From positions 97,709 to 161,708 of the forward strand of contig CAYYNQ010000048.1 of the NCBI GenBank assembly GCA_964473105.1: a stretch of 64,000 nt of DNA. Direction: 5' to 3'. The notes below the pieces were generated by a model. The model did not search any database, was not told the origin of the DNA, and saw only the letters and a list, made by a program, of their open reading frames with translations. Below, one piece after another: positions 10,297 to 18,440 of the stretch; the first letter of the stretch is position 1; each line of letters opens with the position of its first letter. The stretch is from an uncultured Candidatus Sumerlaeota bacterium (lineage in GTDB: Bacteria > Sumerlaeota > Sumerlaeia > MVZB01). A program made the position numbers and the translations under genes.

Positions 10297-10312
10297 TGGA
10301 ATAGAGGTTGCA
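10297..10312 (+). promoter_or_regulatory. Candidate sigma-54 (-24/-12) promoter TGGAAT-N5-TTGCA upstream of the sensor kinase operon
   Basis: TGGAATAGAGGTTGCA matches the GG-N10-GC spacing of the TGGCAC-N5-TTGCW consensus. It sits ~90-120 nt upstream of the kinase start, and the operon encodes a sigma-54 activator. A 10-bp palindrome ATGATATCAT follows it. Confidence 0.3.
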
Positions 10313-10417
10313 TATGATATCATGCAGTGATGGTTAACGGCTAAAGTCGTATAAAAATGTTCCATACAGTGCTTTTTTGTTCCTGTTTTGAACAAGATTC
10401 CATATAAATGTCCAAAT

Positions 10418-11962
10418 ATGAACATCTTTAAATTGCATCGATCCATAGGCTTCTGGGCGGTAATGTTGTTGCTTCTGGCACTTGCGCTGCAATACACAGG
10501 AGGATTATACATTATTGAACTAACTAGATTTGCGAAAGAAAAAGGCTTAGAGAACCACATGGCCGATCTGGGGCGTCTGGCTTCCACCGTCCTGAACCAA
10601 ACAGTGGATGATCTTCACGCTTTGGCGCAGGAGTCAACTTGGGCAGAAAACCCCGATTTATTCGTGTCCGATTCACCTCCAGATCCTGACACGGAAACCT
10701 ATCTGGCTGGCTTGGATTCATCCATTAGTTCTGTTGTCATCGAATTCGCTGAACGCTCCCGACTTTCCTCGATTGTCATCCTCGATCGCTCGGGAATGAT
10801 TCTTTTTCATACCGATGATCCCGACCAGATCCTCGAGTTTTGGCCTTACGACCAGCCCTGGGTCAAACTCGCGCTGGACGGACAAACTTCCTCGCCCCCG
10901 GCCTATCCTGTCGATAATCTGATGTTCAAACGCTTCTACATACCGATGAAGATGATACCCAATGTTTTACCGGGGGATTTATCCACCTCGTCGAGCAATC
11001 TGGAAGACAAACCACCCGGGTCGGAGGATGTCAATGCCCTGATCTGCCTGGTTGCAGGTCGTGATTACCTCGGCGAGATTAAGCATCTGACCCGTAGCGT
11101 CCACCGTACGGCATTTATCCTGACACTGCTTCTCGCGCTGATTGGATATTTAATCTACCGTATCATGCAGCAGCAGCGAAAGGTCGAAAGGCAGGCTTCA
11201 GAAGCCGACCGCTTGGCAAGCCTAGGCACACTTGCCGCAGGCTTTGCACACGAACTACGTAATCCGCTCGGTATTATCCGAGCCTTCATCGAAGATCTTG
11301 AACACAGTCTAAGGAACCACCAAAAACCCGAGGGCAGTATTGATCTCTGCGGGGACATCATCGAGGAAACCGACCGGATGAATCACTTGATCAGCCAATT
11401 CCTCGAATATTCGCACGACAACCGCCGTGGCAGCAATGCTTGTGTTCTAGAGTCGATTCGCAGCGTCAGGGTGATTCTATCTCCCACAGCCGAGAAAAAG
11501 GGTGTCCAGATCGACATCCAATGTCACATCCCCAATGAAACACCGCAGGATTGCAGGGCTTCTATCAATCCTGATTCCCTGAAACAGGTCATATTGAACC
11601 TGTTAATGAATGCGATTGAGATGTCCGGTCGCGAAACTAGAATCCTCTGTAACATCGGCGCGACAACCCGGCAGGTGACTATTGCAATACGTGATGAAGG
11701 TCCCGGCATCCCTCCCGGTAATGCCAAGCATATTTTTGAACCCTTCTATAGTACACGACCCGGAGGATCGGGCCTAGGTCTAGCCGTCTGCCGCCGGATT
11801 GTCCAGGATTATGGCGGCACGCTTAATCTGGATACTTCGTACAAGCTCGGGGCCCTATTCGTTATCCGCCTGCCGAGGACAAAAGGACGGGCGGACCCAT
11901 CAGACAAGCAAGAAGTCATTGGAATAAATTTTGACAACACCCAACAGGAAAGGGACGAATGA
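10418..11962 (+). CDS. Sensor histidine kinase with periplasmic sensor domain
   Basis: Two TM helices flank a ~200-aa extracytoplasmic domain. It has an HisKA H-box (FAHELRNPLG) and HATPase N/G boxes (NLLMNAIE, DEGPGIP, GGSGLGLAV). The start is uncertain: TTG at 10388 or ATG at 10418 or 10463. Confidence 0.8.
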   Translation: MNIFKLHRSIGFWAVMLLLLALALQYTGGLYIIELTRFAKEKGLENHMADLGRLASTVLNQTVDDLHALAQESTWAENPDLFVSDSPPDPDTETYLAGLDSSISSVVIEFAERSRLSSIVILDRSGMILFHTDDPDQILEFWPYDQPWVKLALDGQTSSPPAYPVDNLMFKRFYIPMKMIPNVLPGDLSTSSSNLEDKPPGSEDVNALICLVAGRDYLGEIKHLTRSVHRTAFILTLLLALIGYLIYRIMQQQRKVERQASEADRLASLGTLAAGFAHELRNPLGIIRAFIEDLEHSLRNHQKPEGSIDLCGDIIEETDRMNHLISQFLEYSHDNRRGSNACVLESIRSVRVILSPTAEKKGVQIDIQCHIPNETPQDCRASINPDSLKQVILNLLMNAIEMSGRETRILCNIGATTRQVTIAIRDEGPGIPPGNAKHIFEPFYSTRPGGSGLGLAVCRRIVQDYGGTLNLDTSYKLGALFVIRLPRTKGRADPSDKQEVIGINFDNTQQERDE

Positions 11963-12029
11963 AGTCTGGTCAATCCAGAACCGGAAACAATTGAGAGATC
12001 GAAATAAGGTTAACCAAGGAGCCCATGCC

Positions 12030-13472
12030 ATGACGACGGCATTAAAAATCCTGATACTTGACGACGAACCCAAGATGGGAAGAATCCTGTCACGGATCCT
12101 TAAACGTGAGGGACATGATGTCTCAGCCTCCAGTGATCCAAACGAGATACTCGGGAAGATCCATGACTCTCCGGTGGACCTGGCAATCACGGACCTTAAA
12201 ATGCCGGGAATGGACGGACTTGAATTCATGAGGCAGGCACGCAAAATACAGCCGAATCTGGACGTAATTATGATGACCGCCTTTGCAACGGCGGAAACCG
12301 CGGTAGAGACCATGAAAGAAGGAGCTTTCGATTATCTCATCAAGCCCTTCCCCAACGAAGAGATGATAATGGTCGTTTCTCGCGTTGCTGAACGCCGCAG
12401 GTTGCGTGATGAAAACAGGCGCCTCAAGGAAAGGCTATCGGACCGATTCAATCATGAACAGATCATATCGGTCAGTCATAACATGCGTGAGGTCATGAAA
12501 CGGGTGGGCAAGGTTTCCGTCAGCGAAGTATCTGTGTTATTGAGGGGTGAAAGTGGGACCGGCAAAGAGATCCTTGCAACCGCTATCCATGAAAACAGCT
12601 CGCGCTCGGAGAATGTTTTAATCCGAATCAACTGCGGCGCCCTCCCCGAATCGCTACTCGAGAGCGAGTTGTTTGGCCATATCAAGGGAGCCTTCACCGG
12701 CGCTGTCGAGACGCGTAAAGGCCTTTTCGAGGAGGCCCATGGGGGATCCATCTTCCTGGACGAAATCGGTGAAATCAGCCCTGCGTTGCAGGTCAAGCTA
12801 CTACGGGTGCTGCAGTCGGGCGAATTCCAGCGCGTGGGAGATACCCAAACCCTCCATGCCGATGTTCGAATTATCGCGGCCACCCACCGCGACCTGGAAA
12901 AGATGATCCAGCAAGGCGAGTTTCGCAGTGATCTCTATTATCGCCTGAACGTTGTCCCGATCATGATCCCTCCACTGCGGGATCGACCCGAGGATATTCC
13001 GGCACTGATTGACCATTTTCTTATGCGGATCCGCGAAAACAGCAACAAGACCATTCAACTGGCAAGAACGGCCTTTGACCGCTTGACTGCCTATGACTGG
13101 CCCGGAAATATCCGTGAACTCGAGAATGCAATCCAACATGCCCGGGTTATGTGCGAAGAGGATATAATCCAAGTCACGGATCTACCCGTTGTGATCCAGA
13201 TTACACTCCCTGACCCCCTTGGGAACCAAAAGCCAGGAGAGAATTCCCACCACATTGACAACCAGTTAACATTGGATGAAATCGAGAAAAAGGCATTGAT
13301 CGATGCACTCAATGCGGTGAATTATAATCATACACGTGCCGCACAAAGACTGGGTATCACCCGCCGAATGCTGGGTTCCCGACTAGACAAATACAATTTA
13401 CCCAGAAAAATAACGGATCGCGTGGTGGAGTCCATATCTATTCCCGATTCTCGCCTTAAAGATAAATCATGA
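12030..13472 (+). CDS. Sigma-54-dependent response regulator (NtrC family: REC + AAA+ + HTH)
   Basis: REC domain (ILILDDE...DLAITDLKMPGMDG) followed by AAA+ Walker A (GESGTGKE) and the GAFTGA motif (GAFTGAVETRKG). A C-terminal Fis-type HTH is present. The ATG at 12030 has an AAGGA RBS, and the gene overlaps the kinase 3' end. Confidence 0.85.
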   Translation: MTTALKILILDDEPKMGRILSRILKREGHDVSASSDPNEILGKIHDSPVDLAITDLKMPGMDGLEFMRQARKIQPNLDVIMMTAFATAETAVETMKEGAFDYLIKPFPNEEMIMVVSRVAERRRLRDENRRLKERLSDRFNHEQIISVSHNMREVMKRVGKVSVSEVSVLLRGESGTGKEILATAIHENSSRSENVLIRINCGALPESLLESELFGHIKGAFTGAVETRKGLFEEAHGGSIFLDEIGEISPALQVKLLRVLQSGEFQRVGDTQTLHADVRIIAATHRDLEKMIQQGEFRSDLYYRLNVVPIMIPPLRDRPEDIPALIDHFLMRIRENSNKTIQLARTAFDRLTAYDWPGNIRELENAIQHARVMCEEDIIQVTDLPVVIQITLPDPLGNQKPGENSHHIDNQLTLDEIEKKALIDALNAVNYNHTRAAQRLGITRRMLGSRLDKYNLPRKITDRVVESISIPDSRLKDKS

Positions 13473-14476
13473 AGACAATATCACCGGAAAAACCCCTTGA
13501 TCCTCATATCCACAAGTCATCTTCCTGGATCACGGTGCTGGCCCTGATACCCGTATTATTGGTCGGGGTTAAAGCAATGGGACAACCCGATATCCCCGGC
13601 ATTAATCATCACAGATCTGATGTTATGCCGGTTGAAATGATAAGTAGCCAGGAACAAGGATCCGAGAGACACCACTCTCTCCGGGGCCCATTTTTGGATA
13701 AATCACGACACAATCCCGCACAGCAAACACATGAGCGTTCATCCTTCTTCAAACGGCGTAAGTGGGAGAAGATGACTTTTGAAGATCCCCTGGAGAAGGA
13801 AGATCTGATCCGAATGGACAGTTATCTCCAAAAACTCATTGAACAGCATTCCATCCTGGCCAATGAACTCGAAAATATCAGCAGGGATATCGGCGGATCC
13901 ATGTCTAACAGCATCAATCCCGCTCCCAGTCCAAAAAAGGTCATCAGGAGCCCGAAAATACGCAAGATGATGGGTAAACAGCACCGACTGATCAACGAAC
14001 AACGCAATATCAGGAAAAAGATGGGTCGACACCTTTTCAAGATAGCGGTCAACCATCCACAATGGGGGCACCTCGTGGAACCTGATGGCAATGGTATTAA
14101 TAATGCCACATCGGACATCACTCTGACACGCTGGGCAAAGGCCCATCTATATATCAGTAATGGGGATATCAGGAATTTTGTGGTCATGTTTCTCGGGAAA
14201 CCCTTGGGCACGGGAATTTACCGGCGTATTAATGAGGCATTGGACAGGCAATCCGACATGACCGAGCCTGGGCACCCGGTTGCTGATGATCCGGAATGGA
14301 TTAAAGGACATCAGCACGACTCACAAAACCTCGGGGGGAGATTGATACGATTGGAAAGACATATTCGCAAACTGAAACAGGTGATCCATAGACAAGCCCG
14401 GGAAATTGATCGATTGCGGTCGATCCTTGAAGGCAAAGTTCCCCGGTCGACAGATAAAATACCGACAGTCGAATAA
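13469..14476 (+). CDS. Hypothetical membrane-anchored protein, translationally coupled to the sigma-54 response regulator
   Basis: There is an ATGA start/stop overlap with the regulator. It has an N-terminal signal anchor (WITVLALIPVLLVGVKA) and a coiled-coil C-terminus, with no recognisable domain. Confidence 0.55.
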   Translation: MKTISPEKPLDPHIHKSSSWITVLALIPVLLVGVKAMGQPDIPGINHHRSDVMPVEMISSQEQGSERHHSLRGPFLDKSRHNPAQQTHERSSFFKRRKWEKMTFEDPLEKEDLIRMDSYLQKLIEQHSILANELENISRDIGGSMSNSINPAPSPKKVIRSPKIRKMMGKQHRLINEQRNIRKKMGRHLFKIAVNHPQWGHLVEPDGNGINNATSDITLTRWAKAHLYISNGDIRNFVVMFLGKPLGTGIYRRINEALDRQSDMTEPGHPVADDPEWIKGHQHDSQNLGGRLIRLERHIRKLKQVIHRQAREIDRLRSILEGKVPRSTDKIPTVE

Positions 14477-14738
14477 CCGTATCCCAGAAATAGGCATCCC
14501 GGACACGAAGGATGTGGATGCAGAATTTCAAATAATCTTTATGGGTGACAAATTGAGTTCGGGTATTTCATTGAGCCCAGACCAAATACTTTATTTCGGG
14601 GTTGAATCCAAAGCTCCAGCAAACAAACCGAATTTCTTTCTGGTGGGTGCGTCAATGGTGTGACAATATATGATAATTAGGACACCGGAATAACTGTTTT
14701 CCCCGGTGAATATCGAACCGTTGGGAACCGGATAAACG

Positions 14739-16109
14739 ATGGAATTCAGTCTCGATAAATTCTACCAGATTAACCGGCGAGCCCTGATCTGGGTCATTCT
14801 GCTGGTCCTGATATTTTTACTCCGTGATTTCTTTGGCCTTGTGTTCCTAACCTTCGTCTTTGCATTCCTATGCGAGGCGATGGTCAAGTTCAGTGGCGTA
14901 AAACTGGGTCTTCCCCGTCGACCAGCTATTCTCATCGTATACGGCCTGTTCCTAGTAGTCCTGATCTCGCTCCTGGTCTTTGTCGTTCCGCGTGTAAACA
15001 AGGAAGCTTGGAAACTGGTCGGGAACTTGGGCGATATTCAAGAAAAAGTTGTCGATCAGAAGAACTTTCTAGTCAGGAAATATCCGGCCCTTGATGACGC
15101 TTTCACGAGTTACCTCAGGGGGGCGATCGCCCCTGAGGCACTTATCCATGTCAAGAATCAACTGGGAGCAAAACAGACCGATCTGAAACTTGAGGATCAT
15201 GAGACCTATTTCACACAATCCCTGTTTCTGTCGGATAAAGATAATCTCACCTCAAATATGCTTCAGATGAAGATCAGCGAGTTTCACAACTATGAAGAAA
15301 GTCTTCTCCTAGCTGAGTTCAACAAGTCCATAGTCACAAAAGTTCGTGAATTCATCTTCGACAAACTTCCCAACCTGATTAATGTCGCCATCACCGTTCT
15401 CCTGTCGCTCCTGTTCAGTTTCCTGATCATGATTGACATTTCACGCCTGGGACGGGAGGTTGCGAGCCTGAGACAGTCCCGGTTGCATGATTTCTATGAG
15501 CAGACGGCGCGGCCGGTCCTGCGATTTGCCTATGTTGTCGGCCGTGCCATCCAGGCTCAGTCCGTCATTGCAATCATCAATACACTCCTGACACTCGTGG
15601 GCATGTATCTGCTAAACATCTCCTCACTTGCAATGTTGTCCGTGATTGTGTTCTTCTGCAGTTTCATCCCGGTTGCCGGCGTGTTTATCTCGACAACACC
15701 AATCGTCCTAGTGGCGCTGAATAGCGATGGAGGTATGACAACTGCGATCTTGGCGATCGTCATGGTCACGGTGATTCACATCGTCGAAGCATACGGCCTG
15801 AACCCGTTGATCTACGGGAAACACATGAAAATCAATCCCGTCTTGGTATTGATCATCCTGTTCCTCGGACACCATCTGTTTGGGATATGGGGTGTGCTGC
15901 TCGGGGTTCCGGTGACGCATTATTTTATCCATGATGTCTTTGGCGTTCCGGTCTGGAGTGAAAAGAGAATGGCGCCCAATCCAGGGGTCAATCCAATTTC
16001 AGACAACAAGGATCAGATTGCGATCCAGCAGAAGGATCCGAATATACCCAGACATGATGGATCCGGCCCGTTGACGACTGATGAAGATAATTCCAGAAAT
16101 GATGCGTGA
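14739..16109 (+). CDS. AI-2E family transporter (PerM/UPF0118) with long hydrophilic loop
   Basis: Multi-TM profile with the conserved C-terminal AI-2E pattern (FIPVAG...GHHLFGIWGVLLGVP). A ~120-aa insert follows TM3. Confidence 0.8.
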   Translation: MEFSLDKFYQINRRALIWVILLVLIFLLRDFFGLVFLTFVFAFLCEAMVKFSGVKLGLPRRPAILIVYGLFLVVLISLLVFVVPRVNKEAWKLVGNLGDIQEKVVDQKNFLVRKYPALDDAFTSYLRGAIAPEALIHVKNQLGAKQTDLKLEDHETYFTQSLFLSDKDNLTSNMLQMKISEFHNYEESLLLAEFNKSIVTKVREFIFDKLPNLINVAITVLLSLLFSFLIMIDISRLGREVASLRQSRLHDFYEQTARPVLRFAYVVGRAIQAQSVIAIINTLLTLVGMYLLNISSLAMLSVIVFFCSFIPVAGVFISTTPIVLVALNSDGGMTTAILAIVMVTVIHIVEAYGLNPLIYGKHMKINPVLVLIILFLGHHLFGIWGVLLGVPVTHYFIHDVFGVPVWSEKRMAPNPGVNPISDNKDQIAIQQKDPNIPRHDGSGPLTTDEDNSRNDA

Positions 16110-16127
16110 ACAGCGTAACTAAAATAT

Positions 16128-16173
16128 TTATTCACATATTTTCTATGTATCCGGCCGCAATAATATGTGAATA
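16128..16173. repeat. 12-bp perfect inverted repeat TATTCACATATT / AATATGTGAATA with 22-nt spacer
   Basis: Seen directly in the gap between the AI-2E stop (16109) and the rmuC start (16210). It could be a stem-loop or an operator. Confidence 0.4.
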
Positions 16174-16209
16174 ACGGGTAGGCCCTATTCTGACTGAAGA
16201 CTCACCTCC

Positions 16210-17466
16210 ATGAACACCAATTTCCTGCTTGTCACCCTTGCGCTACTGGCCACATTCAACCTCTTATTGTTGCTGTGCCTTCTATTACGCAAGACATCGA
16301 ATGCTTCCGAACAGTCATTACGCGAAGAATTGGGTGCCGGGCGTGATGAAGCCGCGAGACGCGGCCTCGAGTTGCGCAAGGAAGTCTCAGGAAGTCTGGC
16401 CAAAACAGTGCAGACGCTTTCCGGAACGTTGGTCCAGTTAGGCAATATTCAAAAGCAGCAACTTGATAGAGTCACTGCGGATGTAGAGTCGATGCGGGCC
16501 AACATCAGCGAGCATTTGGACAAAATACGCAAGGTCAACGAGGAAAAACTCGAGGAGATGCGCCGCACGGTTGACGAAAAACTTCAGGGCACCCTGGAGA
16601 AGCGGCTGGGTGAATCCTTCAAACTGGTCAGCGAACGGCTAGATGCCGTACACAAGGGCCTCGGCGAGATGCAGAATCTTGCCACTGGCGTGGGTGATCT
16701 TAAGAACGTTCTGACAAACGTCAAGGTACGGGGCACGTGGGCAGAGTACCAGCTGGAAGCAATTCTCACGCAGGTGCTGACCCCAGAGCAGTTCGACCGC
16801 AACGTGGCGACCAAAGAAGGTTCGGCTGAGCGGGTCGAATTTGCCATCCGCCTACCCGGCCGGGGTGATGAACCCGACAACTGCGTCTGGTTGCCGATCG
16901 ACTCCAAGTTTCCCCAGGAGGATTACCTGCGCCTTGCCGAAGCAGCCCGTGAGGGGGACACCGACGCGGTGGCCCAGTCGGTTAAAGAGCTTCTGCGATC
17001 CGTCACCCAGTCGGCCAAAACAATCAGCGAGAAGTATCTGAACCCGCCCCGGACGACCGACTTTGCTGTGCTATACCTGCCGACCGAGGGGCTTTATGCC
17101 GAGGTGCTGCGCCAGCCGGGGCTGGTCAGTCAGCTTCAGCAGGACCACCGAGTGGTCGTCAGCGGGCCCACCACCATCGCCGCGCTTCTGAACAGCCTGC
17201 AACTCGGCTTCCGTTCACTCGCCATCGAACAACAAGCGAGCGAAGTGTGGCAGGTGCTGGCGGCTGTCAAGACCGAGTTCGGCAATTTCGGCGGCGTGCT
17301 GGCCAAGGTCAAAAAACAGCTGGCCACCGCCAGTAATACCATCGACGAGACGCAGACGCGCACTCGCGTCATGGCGCGTAAATTACGGGAAGTCGAACAG
17401 TTGCCCCCAAGCGGAAGCGACGAACTACTCGAACTCAAGTCTGAAGATGATCTCAAAAAAAACTGA
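16210..17466 (+). CDS. rmuC: DNA recombination protein RmuC
   Basis: N-terminal TM helix, a long coiled-coil and the C-terminal RmuC nuclease-like region (YLPTEGLYAEVLR...). Confidence 0.85.
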   Translation: MNTNFLLVTLALLATFNLLLLLCLLLRKTSNASEQSLREELGAGRDEAARRGLELRKEVSGSLAKTVQTLSGTLVQLGNIQKQQLDRVTADVESMRANISEHLDKIRKVNEEKLEEMRRTVDEKLQGTLEKRLGESFKLVSERLDAVHKGLGEMQNLATGVGDLKNVLTNVKVRGTWAEYQLEAILTQVLTPEQFDRNVATKEGSAERVEFAIRLPGRGDEPDNCVWLPIDSKFPQEDYLRLAEAAREGDTDAVAQSVKELLRSVTQSAKTISEKYLNPPRTTDFAVLYLPTEGLYAEVLRQPGLVSQLQQDHRVVVSGPTTIAALLNSLQLGFRSLAIEQQASEVWQVLAAVKTEFGNFGGVLAKVKKQLATASNTIDETQTRTRVMARKLREVEQLPPSGSDELLELKSEDDLKKN

Positions 17467-17543
17467 GCTTCTTGCACGTGCATTTAATGGAAATTATTTT
17501 TTGTCCGCCAGTGGCGTCGGCGACAGGCCCGAAAAAAAGTATA

Positions 17544-17780
17544 TCAGTCATTCCCATCATCACCAATTGCTTCGACAGGACAACCCTCAAGCGCCTCAAT
17601 GCAAAGTTGGGCTTCCTCATCATTCTCAGGCTGTTTGACTACGAATGAATATCCCCCATCTTCATTCCGGGTGAAATTATCCGGTGCCGTCGCTCGACAG
17701 GCATCACAGTCGATACAGGTATCATCTACATAAAATTTTCCCGCTGAATTGTCCGGGTATTTTGCATCTTTATCGGCCAT
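17544..17780 (-). CDS. Small [4Fe-4S]/[3Fe-4S] ferredoxin
   Basis: 78 aa, acidic, with CIDCDAC ... CP cluster ligands (YVDDTCIDCDACRATAP...GCPVEAI). Confidence 0.8.
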   Translation of the reverse strand: MADKDAKYPDNSAGKFYVDDTCIDCDACRATAPDNFTRNEDGGYSFVVKQPENDEEAQLCIEALEGCPVEAIGDDGND

Positions 17781-18225
17781 CGGATATTATTCCTCCCAAG
17801 TGGTCGGCAAACGTGCGGGGGGATATTTTAACCCAACCCCGTCCTATCCATTCCTGACAGTGAATCCCCGAAGAGGAACTCCCCTCCACTCTAACCCCGG
17901 ATACCTGAACAATCCAGTATTCTCCGATCCCCGCTCGAGATTCAAATCCCACATCGAAACAATTCAGGCCCGCAGACGGGCTTGCAACCCGTTCAGTTCA
18001 TCTCGAATGGCCGGACAGTCCAAAAAAGAAACGAGATGACCGGAAAAGACCAGAAATAAAGACAGCCACTGGCCTCGGGTAAATCTCAAAAAGATCTTTC
18101 ATGTCCCCCCGCCGCTACTCAGGACTTCCACCAGCCCCTCCTGAGCCAGTCCGGCGTGTCATTCAGGATCCCGAACGGCCTCTCGACATCAGGAATCCCA
18201 CCCTCAACACCCTCGAAACCCATTT

Positions 18226-18435
18226 TCAGGACTCGGCCGCTCTGTCCAATCCAGGACATGACCAACGGCCACTCTTTAGCATCTCTCCACATAACCGGAT
18301 AATATTCTGCTGTCTGGGAACCATCGCGTTAGCAAACGTTGACGGATTCTTGCCGTGGCTCCTCATTTCCTCACAATGATTCATTCCCGAATTTTTGAGC
18401 TCATAATGCAGCAAGATCTTCTCGTCTGAAACCAC
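18226..18435 (-). CDS. Possible small protein (69 aa) 5 nt downstream of secDF
   Basis: A GTG start is preceded by AAGGTAAG. The product (MVSDEKILLHYELKNSGMNHCEEM...) has no recognisable domain and may be non-coding. Confidence 0.2.
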   Translation of the reverse strand: MVSDEKILLHYELKNSGMNHCEEMRSHGKNPSTFANAMVPRQQNIIRLCGEMLKSGRWSCPGLDRAAES

Positions 18436-18440
18436 AATAC

